Shown here: piece after piece, positions 27,286 to 34,755 of the stretch
How the letters are laid out: each line of letters starts with the position of its first letter
Position numbering within the stretch: the stretch's first letter is position 1
Virus record (IMG/VR): IMGVR_UViG_3300047443_000090
Span: 1-64,000 of that record
Source: a virus
Length of the DNA stretch: 64,000 nucleotides
Direction: 5' to 3' (one strand)
Program-made: the position numbers and the translations under genes
Notes under the pieces: generated by a model
What the model saw: the letters and a program-made list of their open reading frames with translations, nothing else
Databases searched by the model: none
What the model was told of the DNA's origin: nothing

Positions 27286-27400
27286 CAGTCAACGGCGGGA
27301 TTCCATTGATACCGGGCGCGAAGCCGGTCAGAGCGTGTTGCGGTGGTGCTGTTCACTGCGGCAAGCGCTGGTCGGTAGGACGGATTCGCGCAACACCCAA
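27286..27400 (+). ncRNA. Candidate structured ncRNA or leader
   Basis: No plausible ORF; stems ACCGG/CCGGT and GTGTTGCG/CGCAACAC, alternative stem GCGGTG/CACTGC; directly downstream of a candidate late promoter. Confidence 0.3.
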
Positions 27401-27451
27401 ATTCGTTTTATGATTATGCGAAGTTAAAAAGTCTTTTAAAATCAAACACTT

Positions 27452-27479
27452 ACTTCGCATAATCTTTCTTATGTCAAAT
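27452..27479 (+). other. dif-like XerCD recombination site
   Basis: ACTTCGCATAA-TCTTTC-TTATGTCAAAT versus E. coli dif GGTGCGCATAA-TGTATA-TTATGTTAAAT. Confidence 0.8.
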
Positions 27480-27491
27480 TGATAAGATTGC

Positions 27492-27650
27492 ATGATAAGT
27501 AACAGTAAACCCAAGGTGCGCCAGCGGGGCTTTGTCCTCATCAGCAATGCCTCGATCTGCGCTGCCATCGTCGTGGTGGCCGCTCTCGGCTGGGGCGTGG
27601 TTGAGTTGGCTCGCTGGGCGCTGTCCCATGTTCACCTGTCAATTGCTTGA
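27492..27650 (+). CDS. 52-aa single-pass membrane protein with prepilin-like RQRG/F motif
   Basis: MISNSKPKVRQRGFVLISNASICAAIVVVAALGWGVVELARWALSHVHLSIA. Confidence 0.55.
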   Translation: MISNSKPKVRQRGFVLISNASICAAIVVVAALGWGVVELARWALSHVHLSIA

Positions 27651-27690
27651 CCCAGTTTTTTAACGTAGTGCAAACCAAAGGAGTGAGAGT

Positions 27691-28041
27691 ATGAAAGGTA
27701 TGAAACGCAGCATGTTCGCCGTCATGGCTATGGCCGCGATTGCATTCAGTGCAACCGCCGCGATGGCCGCGCCCGAAGCGCCCAGCATTCATAAAGCCAG
27801 CACCTACAAAGCCGCCCAGCCGGTCGCCGTGGTCGCTGTCGAAGCTGTCGCCGTCGATGTCGCCCGCGTGGCCGTATCGCCCGCTGGCCGCGCGCTGGTC
27901 GCAGTTCCCGCCCCGGTGCCGCTGATGCTGGCCCAGCCGGGCGGCGGCGAGCTGGTGATGGTATCGACCTCCCTGACCAAGTACGGCTCCCGCGCGGAAC
28001 TGGAGGCAGAGCACAGTTGGGGCCATAGTCAAAGCACCTAA
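27691..28041 (+). CDS. Secreted hypothetical protein
   Basis: Signal peptide MKRSMFAVMAMAAIAFSATAAMA; AAGGAG RBS. Confidence 0.7.
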   Translation: MKGMKRSMFAVMAMAAIAFSATAAMAAPEAPSIHKASTYKAAQPVAVVAVEAVAVDVARVAVSPAGRALVAVPAPVPLMLAQPGGGELVMVSTSLTKYGSRAELEAEHSWGHSQST

Positions 28042-28080
28042 ATCCTGGCGGTCGCCGTTATCTGAGAATGCGGCACCAAG

Positions 28081-28113
28081 AAAAAGCCCCGGTCTTTCGA
28101 GTCGGGGCTTTTT
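28081..28113. terminator. Bidirectional terminator
   Basis: AAAAAGCCCCGG...TCGGGGCTTTTT between convergent genes. Confidence 0.8.
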
Positions 28114-28128
28114 CCATTGTGGCGGGCG

Positions 28129-28506
28129 CTAGAACAGGCTGGCTTGAACTGGAGCGGCGGGTGGCAATGGCGATGGGGCTTGCGGAGCTGGCGCAGGCGG
28201 CGCTTTCTCTGCTGCCGGGCGGGATAGGTTGCGTTCATGGATCGCGCGCAGCCGTAGCGCGTTCTGGCGCGTCCAGCTATCGCGCGGAAGGTGCGCCCCG
28301 GTCGATCCGTCCCAGTCAGCGAACACAGCGTCAAGGAACCCGATGCTGCCGGGGTGCTGGCGTTGCAGCTCCACCAGTTCATCGGCCCAGCGCTGCCATG
28401 TGTGGTCGTCAATGATAGGGTCGTCCAGCTCGTAGTACAGGTACGAGTGGACGAGAATTTGCGTGCGCCGCTGCCGGATGCGTTCAGCGGGTGTCTGAGG
28501 CGTCAT
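28129..28506 (-). CDS. Stand-alone NAD-dependent DNA ligase domain Ia-like protein
   Basis: HSYLYYELDDPIIDD..W....ELVELQRQHP matches LigA domain Ia; no adenylation domain. Confidence 0.75.
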   Translation of the reverse strand: MTPQTPAERIRQRRTQILVHSYLYYELDDPIIDDHTWQRWADELVELQRQHPGSIGFLDAVFADWDGSTGAHLPRDSWTRQNALRLRAIHERNLSRPAAEKAPPAPAPQAPSPLPPAAPVQASLF

Positions 28507-29042
28507 TGGTGCCTTGCCTTCCCGCTTGCCAGCCCACCTGTTTGGGCAATCGACTGCATATGGCATTTCCGGCACCACAGCTCGGCGTCCTGATCGTCCG
28601 AATGAGGCATGTTGTGCTCATCAAAGTACATTTTTAGACCCTTGATGGCCCAAGGGCCATGCGTTACCCCGCATTTTGTGCATTCAGAGCGGGCGGCGAT
28701 TCGTTTCACGGCGGTCTTGTACGATGCAAACGAGGGCAGATTAGGTGTCGCGCTTCTGCGTCGAATTGATGAGCATTGCTTGCTGCATGTTTTGATTCTA
28801 TCGGCTTTGCTCGGCGTCTGCTCCATCGGTTTATCGCACGTTACGCACGCAGAAATGATCCGAACCTTGCTTCCTTCCGCTCGGCAGCCCATCCCGCAGT
28901 AGTTCACCGCAACTCTTTTTGCGTGCGAAGGAGCGCGGCGAAAACTATTCCCGCAAACCGGGCAGGACATAAGAATCCCTCCGCATCCAGAGCCAAGAGC
29001 GCCGACACCGATGTCTCTCGGAGATTTGTTATAGACCAGCAT
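28503..29042 (-). CDS. Zn-finger / degenerate HNH endonuclease-like protein
   Basis: CxxC...CxxxC repeats; CTKCG...LWCRKCH; the usual catalytic His pair is not evident. Confidence 0.6.
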   Translation of the reverse strand: MLVYNKSPRDIGVGALGSGCGGILMSCPVCGNSFRRAPSHAKRVAVNYCGMGCRAEGSKVRIISACVTCDKPMEQTPSKADRIKTCSKQCSSIRRRSATPNLPSFASYKTAVKRIAARSECTKCGVTHGPWAIKGLKMYFDEHNMPHSDDQDAELWCRKCHMQSIAQTGGLASGKARHQ

Positions 29043-29065
29043 TACGCTTCCCTCTAATTTTTGTT

Positions 29066-29269
29066 CTAGTCAATGAATGACCCGCTTGGGTTACTGCGCC
29101 GGTTCGCCTCCCCGGCGAATGTCTTGGGGCAGAAATCAACTTCGTGCGTGGTGCTGCCGCAGTAGGTGCAGCGCAGGCTTGTGCGCGCCGCGCTGCCGCC
29201 GTAGGTGCTCGGGCACAGCGCGACGGGATGCGAGCCGCCGCAGTAGGAGCAATAGGCGGTCAGCGGCAT
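29066..29269 (-). CDS. Double CCHC zinc-knuckle protein
   Basis: CSYCGGSHPVALCP and CTYCGSTTHEVDFCP. Confidence 0.7.
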   Translation of the reverse strand: MPLTAYCSYCGGSHPVALCPSTYGGSAARTSLRCTYCGSTTHEVDFCPKTFAGEANRRSNPSGSFID

Positions 29270-29775
29270 GGTGCCAGGATCGGGTCGGATGGGTCCACAC
29301 CGTTCGCCTCGGCCATCGCACGGTAGGATTCATGCAGCTCGTGGCCGCCGTCGCTGATGGCGTCGAAGTCCATTTCGCCCTTGATGTACTTCATGCGGAC
29401 GGTCATGTTGTGATCCGCGCCGCGCATCAGGAACCCGGCACAGGTGGCCGGTTTCTTGGTGCCCGATTCGTGGCATGAAAACATTTTATCCGCCCGGTCG
29501 TAGGCGGTGCCCGCAGTCTCGCGGAATGCCCCTGCCGGGAAGGTGCCGGTCTGGTCTACGCGCCACGGACAGCCGCCGCACGGCTCGCGCCGATACTGGC
29601 CGCCGCCGCCAATAACCGATACAACCCGATGGTTCTCGTCTACCGGGCGAACGTCGGTGATGCGGGTCGGCTTACGCGCGGGCCGCATGATTTCAGGCGG
29701 AACCGTCATGCACCCTTTGATCGCCTCGATAGCGGCCTGCTGGTAGTCGCGCAGCTTCGGCAGGTTCTTAGCCAT
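29260..29775 (-). CDS. DUF6283-like Cys-rich protein
   Basis: PCGGCPWRVD...FSCH...CAGF...LHESYRAMA..NG. Confidence 0.7.
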   Translation of the reverse strand: MAKNLPKLRDYQQAAIEAIKGCMTVPPEIMRPARKPTRITDVRPVDENHRVVSVIGGGGQYRREPCGGCPWRVDQTGTFPAGAFRETAGTAYDRADKMFSCHESGTKKPATCAGFLMRGADHNMTVRMKYIKGEMDFDAISDGGHELHESYRAMAEANGVDPSDPILAPCR

Positions 29776-30028
29776 GTGTGGGCACCTTCAGCGAGAGCGG
29801 GTCGATGAACTGGATCATGGTAGCGTGCGGGGAAATCACGGTGCCATCGGCCAGCTCGACAATCGCAACCGGGTGCAGGCCGGGGCCATTATCGAATTCC
29901 TCGTAGTCGGTGCCGAAGCTGTGGAACCATGCGCGCTCGTGCAGCAGTTCACGAACCCATTTGGGGCTGTCCGGGTATTTGCGCATCGTGTAGACGCGCA
30001 CTGGGCGCGTGGTGGCGGTGTTACTCAT
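29768..30028 (-). CDS. Hypothetical protein
   Basis: FHSFGTDYEEFDNGPG..PVAIVELADG phage motif. Confidence 0.75.
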   Translation of the reverse strand: MSNTATTRPVRVYTMRKYPDSPKWVRELLHERAWFHSFGTDYEEFDNGPGLHPVAIVELADGTVISPHATMIQFIDPLSLKVPTHG

Positions 30029-30626
30029 GGCTCGCGGCCTCCTGTTGCTGGGGCGCGAGGAATTCGACGCCCTTGTGATTGCTGAAGCCGGACAGAATCA
30101 TAGCGGTGATGAAATAGAAGTTGCGGCCCTTGTCGTAGATGACTTCTTCCTTGTCGGTGCCCGCGCTCAGGATCATCTTGGCGCGCTCGCTGTAGGATTT
30201 GTCGCCTATGGTGAAGCGCAGCCTGTCGCCCGCGCGCACTTGCCCTGCCCCGGTGACGGGCTTCCATTCGGGCGCTGGCGGGGTGTACGGCACGACCGGC
30301 TTGCCGCACTCATTGGCGACGCGCTCGACTGCTTCGCGGCGATACGACCAAATGCGGACGTTCCCATTGTCGGCGTACACGGCCCATGCGGGGCCATCGG
30401 GGATCGGCGTGACGTGCCCCAGCGACCAGCAGCCGCTCACGCCGTCCATCCAGACGACGGAGGTATGCCCGCTCAGGATTTGCGCCTCGGTGCGCGTGGT
30501 GGTGATGATCGGCTTGTCTGAGCCGCCGTAGAGATTGACAGCGACGCGGCCACCGACTTTGCAGGCGGCATTGAAGGCGTCGCACTCGGCTTGCAGCGCG
30601 GCGAGGTCTGGTTTTTTGTATGTCAT
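30021..30626 (-). CDS. Hypothetical protein
   Basis: 201 aa, coupled. Confidence 0.7.
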   Translation of the reverse strand: MTYKKPDLAALQAECDAFNAACKVGGRVAVNLYGGSDKPIITTTRTEAQILSGHTSVVWMDGVSGCWSLGHVTPIPDGPAWAVYADNGNVRIWSYRREAVERVANECGKPVVPYTPPAPEWKPVTGAGQVRAGDRLRFTIGDKSYSERAKMILSAGTDKEEVIYDKGRNFYFITAMILSGFSNHKGVEFLAPQQQEAASHE

Positions 30627-30628
30627 TC

Positions 30629-30715
30629 TTATTCCTTGTTAGCCCAGCAGATGCCCAGCGCGACGATAATCACGCCGATGATCTTCGCCAGCTCGATAAT
30701 CTCCGCGCCGGTCAT
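30629..30715 (-). CDS. 28-aa transmembrane peptide
   Basis: MTGAEIIELAKIIGVIIVALGICWANKE; ATGA overlap, fills the gap in the operon. Confidence 0.5.
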   Translation of the reverse strand: MTGAEIIELAKIIGVIIVALGICWANKE

Positions 30716-31047
30716 GCTGGCACCGCTGCGGCAATGAGGGCGTCAATCTTGGCCTTGTGTGCGGCCTCAATCGCCTTGGTGCTGGCGGTGATGGCGGCGA
30801 CTTGTTCATTGCTGATCGCATGAACCGCAAGCGCTTCTTCTTTGGTGTCGCACAGGTACAGGGCCGACTTGCGCGCGATGTAGTCGCCCTCATCCTCGCC
30901 GTGGCGATTCGTGAGGTAGATGCGCTGCCCGGAGGTCTTCACGACCATGCGTGGGCTGGCGCAGATGGTGTGGTACATGAAGGATTCTTTGCAGAGCCAT
31001 TGGCCTGCATTGATGTCAGTGTCGGTGGTGATTTTGGTGATAGCCAT
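30712..31047 (-). CDS. Hypothetical protein
   Basis: MAITKIT..., first gene after cassette promoter 4. Confidence 0.65.
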   Translation of the reverse strand: MAITKITTDTDINAGQWLCKESFMYHTICASPRMVVKTSGQRIYLTNRHGEDEGDYIARKSALYLCDTKEEALAVHAISNEQVAAITASTKAIEAAHKAKIDALIAAAVPA

Positions 31048-31075
31048 GCGGGTTCTCTCTGTTGTTTGAGTTGGC

Positions 31076-31105
31076 ATTGTATGCGCTCACATTGCGGACG
31101 GTCAA
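31076..31105 (-). promoter_or_regulatory. Cassette promoter copy 4
   Basis: TTGACC-N18-TACAAT with the conserved core. Confidence 0.75.
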
Positions 31106-31133
31106 GCTAGATCGTCCGCAATGGGGCATTTTC

Positions 31134-31511
31134 TTACGGCATGCAGTGCGGCGAGCTGCCGCATGCCATGTGATTGTCGATGTCGAATTCCTCGGGCTCG
31201 CTATACCATTCCCGCTTGCTCTCGCAATGGCGGCATTCGTATGTGAGGCGGCCTTTGTCGTTGTGCCAGAGCCCATCGGGCAGCTCGTCGCCCTGCTGCT
31301 CGCGCATCCATTCGGCGTGCTCGCCGGGCTTGCAGTCCGGGCACGGCGGGCGCGCAACGCTCGGATCGTCGCCGTCTGCATCCATATCGCTCATGTAGCC
31401 ATCGGTACACATCAGGTCTGGATAGCGCGTGGTGCCGCTATAGCCTTGCTTGCAGCAGCCGGTGACAGGCGGCAGCGCGCGGCTGTGCTTGCGTCGCTGG
31501 TGCGCGTTCAT
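31134..31511 (-). CDS. Cys-rich hypothetical protein
   Basis: Multiple CxxC motifs. Confidence 0.65.
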   Translation of the reverse strand: MNAHQRRKHSRALPPVTGCCKQGYSGTTRYPDLMCTDGYMSDMDADGDDPSVARPPCPDCKPGEHAEWMREQQGDELPDGLWHNDKGRLTYECRHCESKREWYSEPEEFDIDNHMACGSSPHCMP

Positions 31512-32062
31512 GCGTGCCCGCCTTGCTGGTGGTGGCCAAGCGCGGCGAGCTGCGCGTGATCCATCGTATCGGCCATGATGCTGGGCGTCAGGCTGGCGCG
31601 GCGCATGTAGTCAGCGATGGCGTCGTGGCCGCCCTCCCCGCCAATTGCGACTGGCGCGGCGTGTACCGGCATGTACGCCTTGATGCGCAGGTAATCGGTG
31701 TAGCCAATGCGCGCCAGATTGCAGGCGCGCGCCAGCGTGTCCATAGCGGCGGCTGGCGAGCCTTCCGCCATGCTGACTGGCCCAATCGCGCCGACGACTT
31801 GGGCAAGGTCGATGTTGTCAATAGCGCGGCGCACCGCCTCGGGGTTGGTGCGGTTCATTGGATTGTCGATGGAGGCCCGGCATGCTTCGCGCACGGCGCG
31901 GGCGACGGCCATAGCATCCGGGGCCGGGTATTGGTTCTCGACGCGGAAGCCAACGCGGATAGCCTCGTCGGCCTCTTTAGCGCTGCAAGTGTGTTTGAGC
32001 TGGCCGCTATTCTGGTGGATGACCCATGAGGCCGCGCGGTGGTCAATGTCCATGTCTCGCAT
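31508..32062 (-). CDS. Hypothetical protein
   Basis: 184 aa, coupled. Confidence 0.65.
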   Translation of the reverse strand: MRDMDIDHRAASWVIHQNSGQLKHTCSAKEADEAIRVGFRVENQYPAPDAMAVARAVREACRASIDNPMNRTNPEAVRRAIDNIDLAQVVGAIGPVSMAEGSPAAAMDTLARACNLARIGYTDYLRIKAYMPVHAAPVAIGGEGGHDAIADYMRRASLTPSIMADTMDHAQLAALGHHQQGGHA

Positions 32063-32064
32063 AA

Positions 32065-32631
32065 TCAGCCCACGCTCTTGAGGATGGCTTGCAACTGGCG
32101 CAGCTTTTGCGTGTCCTCGGCGCTCGATTCCATTTGCATTTGCGCATCCACGGCGGCATTGCCCACGTCCGTGGCGAGCTGGCGCAAATCATCGGCCATT
32201 TTAGCGGCGCGCGCGGCCAGCAGGCCAAGGCTGTCGATTGCGGTTTGCGGTGCTGTCGGCTGGGCGGCGGCTGGCTTGGTCTTGGCTGAAATGGTTGTCA
32301 TGGCGCGGCTCTCTGCTATCTCGTTGGTTGGTGTTTGTTCTGGTTCGGGTGCAGGCTTTTTTTCGGTGGCGTCACGCACGCCTACGCGGCGGAACTTACC
32401 TTGCAATGGCTCCGTGATGAGCCCCGCAGTTATCAGGGCGTTTATAGCGCCCCCCATTACCCGGTGGTGCGCGCTGACGCTGTTGCGGCTCATTTCCGCG
32501 TAAATCTGTGATTGGCTCCACGCCTCCGAGATAGGCACGGAGGCATACACCTTCTGCGCTACCGATGACAGGCCGGAATGGATGATTTTGAATCGGGATG
32601 AACTGAGCATGTTAGAACCTGAGCCCGCCAT
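32065..32631 (-). CDS. Hypothetical protein (wHTH-like plus coiled coil)
   Basis: AQKVYASVPISEAW...KLRQLQAILKS. Confidence 0.7.
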   Translation of the reverse strand: MAGSGSNMLSSSRFKIIHSGLSSVAQKVYASVPISEAWSQSQIYAEMSRNSVSAHHRVMGGAINALITAGLITEPLQGKFRRVGVRDATEKKPAPEPEQTPTNEIAESRAMTTISAKTKPAAAQPTAPQTAIDSLGLLAARAAKMADDLRQLATDVGNAAVDAQMQMESSAEDTQKLRQLQAILKSVG

Positions 32632-32872
32632 TGCCGTGCGAGTCCGTAGCGGCGCGCTGGTGGCACGCGCTGCCGCAGAAGTGTTCTTGTGCTGGCGGCG
32701 TCACCTTGCCCCGGCTGAAGCGGCTGTAGCGGCTTACTGGCGCGGGGATGGTGCGCTTGATGGCGGTTTCTACGTTGACCGGCTCGAAGCAGCCGCCGCA
32801 CTTGATGATGGCGGCGCTGACCTGTTGCGTCGCGGCGTTCGGTGGTGAGGTGGGAAGTGGCATTTGTGGCAT
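32612..32872 (-). CDS. Small Zn-binding hypothetical protein
   Basis: CGGC...FCGSAC; GGAG RBS. Confidence 0.55.
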   Translation of the reverse strand: MPQMPLPTSPPNAATQQVSAAIIKCGGCFEPVNVETAIKRTIPAPVSRYSRFSRGKVTPPAQEHFCGSACHQRAATDSHGNGGLRF

Positions 32873-32899
32873 CGGTTCTCCAATATTTCGGTTAATGAA

Positions 32900-32935
32900 T
32901 ATAGGCATCCTAATACAAAAATATACAGCAGGCAA
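32900..32935 (-). promoter_or_regulatory. Promoter with CI-type operator TATAGGCATCCTAATA (32900-32915)
   Basis: TTGCCT-N17-TAGGAT on the minus strand. Confidence 0.65.
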
Positions 32936-32977
32936 TGGAAAGCCCCTTAAAAAATCGGGATGGCGATAATTGGCATA

Positions 32978-33018
32978 GGAAAATGGGCCGCAGCAGCAAT
33001 AGGCCGGGCCGGTAACAT
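32978..33018 (+). promoter_or_regulatory. Candidate late promoter (baseplate operon)
   Basis: GGAAAA-N29-TAACAT. Confidence 0.7.
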
Positions 33019-33024
33019 CGGGCG

Positions 33025-33315
33025 ATGGACAATATTTCAGCAAACGATTTGCAGGGCATGGTGTCGCACTGGGTTGCGACGCCGCCCAATGGCTACCTCG
33101 GCAGCAGCTACGGCGCGGATATTCTCGCCATGCTGCAAACGCCAATGAAAACGGGCTTGGCCGATGGCTTACTCAACAAGTTGCGCGTTGATGTCCCGCT
33201 GGCGGGCGCGCTGCCACCGGCTGCGCTCAATATGTACGCGGTTGATAAAGGCCCGGACAGGCGAGAAATCTACATCGACGCATCCGGCACGCTGGTTGCA
33301 CTGGGGGGTAAATAA
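33025..33315 (+). CDS. Baseplate wedge / gp25-like protein
   Basis: HWVATPPNGYLGSSYG; precedes a J-like gene. Confidence 0.6.
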   Translation: MDNISANDLQGMVSHWVATPPNGYLGSSYGADILAMLQTPMKTGLADGLLNKLRVDVPLAGALPPAALNMYAVDKGPDRREIYIDASGTLVALGGK

Positions 33316-34752
33316 ATGGCACTTACACGCGATGATTTTATGCAGGCTATCGCCGCTGAAATCTCCAATCAACCACTGGCCGCCCAGTTTTATCAGGCGG
33401 GCGACCCGCGCTTGCTGGCGCAAATGGGCGCTATGGCAACCATGCTGACGATGATTTCCCAGCAGATTGACGTACAGAGCATGGAGCCGTTCCTGAAGAC
33501 GCGCGACACGACCGTGCTGGCCGACGCGACCATGAAGGGCATACTGCCGTTTGCGCGCCCTGCCCGCGTCACGCTGCTAGTGGAGAACGACGACCCATCC
33601 GGGTCTATCACGGTTTCCATTGGCCGCCGCCTCATTGGCGAGCAGGGCCGCGTCTACGTGGCAGAGACAGCCGCGACCATTGCAGCCGGGCAGTCGGGCA
33701 CTATCTCGGCCAAGCAACTGACCACACGGACGTTCTCGCATACGGTGAGCGGATCGGTGCCCTTTTACCCGGTGCAGATTCCAGAATCGACAGACCCGGA
33801 GCAGTACATCAGCGGCGTGCTGGTATCTATCGCCGGGGTGCAGTACCCCTATGCCCCGGAGTTCTCGAATCTCGACGCGAACGAGCCCGGCTTCGCACTG
33901 GAAACGGACGAGCTGCGCCGCCTGTTCGCAAAGTTCGGCTGGCGCGACACCTTCGGCGTGCAGCCAGCGAACGGCACGGTAATCGACTTCATAATCGAGG
34001 AAACGAACGGGCAGTCTGCCCTTACCGCAAACCAGCCATTCACATTCGAGGGCTCGGCACAAGCTGCTGATCGCAACTCGAAAATCACGCTGTCGTCGGT
34101 CACTTTCGTGGGCGCTAACCCGGTCGATATCCAGACCATGCGCGAGTGGGCGCAGTACCCCAGCACCTATGACGCCTCGGCGGTCTACCTCGGGAACTTC
34201 GATTTCCTCGTCCGGCGCAATCTGGCCGATCTCCGATTCCTGTCGGTCTGGAACGAGCAGATTGAGGAAAGCGTACGCGGCGCGAACGTGAGCAACATCA
34301 ATACGCTGTTCGTTACCGCGCTCATGGACGGCACTACTACCGCGTGGCTGCAATCCACTATCGGCCAAATCATCAGGGATGCCGACGACTCGTACAAAAT
34401 CAAGTTTGTCACGGCTGTGGAGGTTGAGGTTCCTGTCACGATCAACGCCCAAGTGTCGGTAGTTCATGACCCGGCTGAAGTGGGCAGCAAAATCCGTTCG
34501 ATCCTGTCCGGCCTGTACGGGCGCGACGCGACGGCGGTCAAGAGCGGCATGATGGTGCCGAATTCCAAGCGCATCTATGACGCGCTGAGAGCCGGTGTGC
34601 CTGCGCTGGCCGACGCCCTGAGTGATTTTCAGGTGACTATCCCCGCGCCCGCGCCCGCCATGAAGCCTGAGCACTACCGCTATGTGTCTGACGCATCCAT
34701 GACGGTCAACGTCACCCAATCGACTTACAACTCGGGCCTGTTCAGCCACTAA
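33316..34752 (+). CDS. Baseplate J-like protein (P1 BplA-like)
   Basis: 478 aa; EPFLKTRDTTVLADA..KG; position in the structural operon. Confidence 0.7.
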   Translation: MALTRDDFMQAIAAEISNQPLAAQFYQAGDPRLLAQMGAMATMLTMISQQIDVQSMEPFLKTRDTTVLADATMKGILPFARPARVTLLVENDDPSGSITVSIGRRLIGEQGRVYVAETAATIAAGQSGTISAKQLTTRTFSHTVSGSVPFYPVQIPESTDPEQYISGVLVSIAGVQYPYAPEFSNLDANEPGFALETDELRRLFAKFGWRDTFGVQPANGTVIDFIIEETNGQSALTANQPFTFEGSAQAADRNSKITLSSVTFVGANPVDIQTMREWAQYPSTYDASAVYLGNFDFLVRRNLADLRFLSVWNEQIEESVRGANVSNINTLFVTALMDGTTTAWLQSTIGQIIRDADDSYKIKFVTAVEVEVPVTINAQVSVVHDPAEVGSKIRSILSGLYGRDATAVKSGMMVPNSKRIYDALRAGVPALADALSDFQVTIPAPAPAMKPEHYRYVSDASMTVNVTQSTYNSGLFSH

Positions 34753-34755
34753 GCC

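Noticed and set aside
27412-27464. loxP site
   Set aside because: The arms resemble loxP arms but are 27 bp apart and point the wrong way; a XerD arm with a 6-bp spacer fits dif better and no cre gene is in the window
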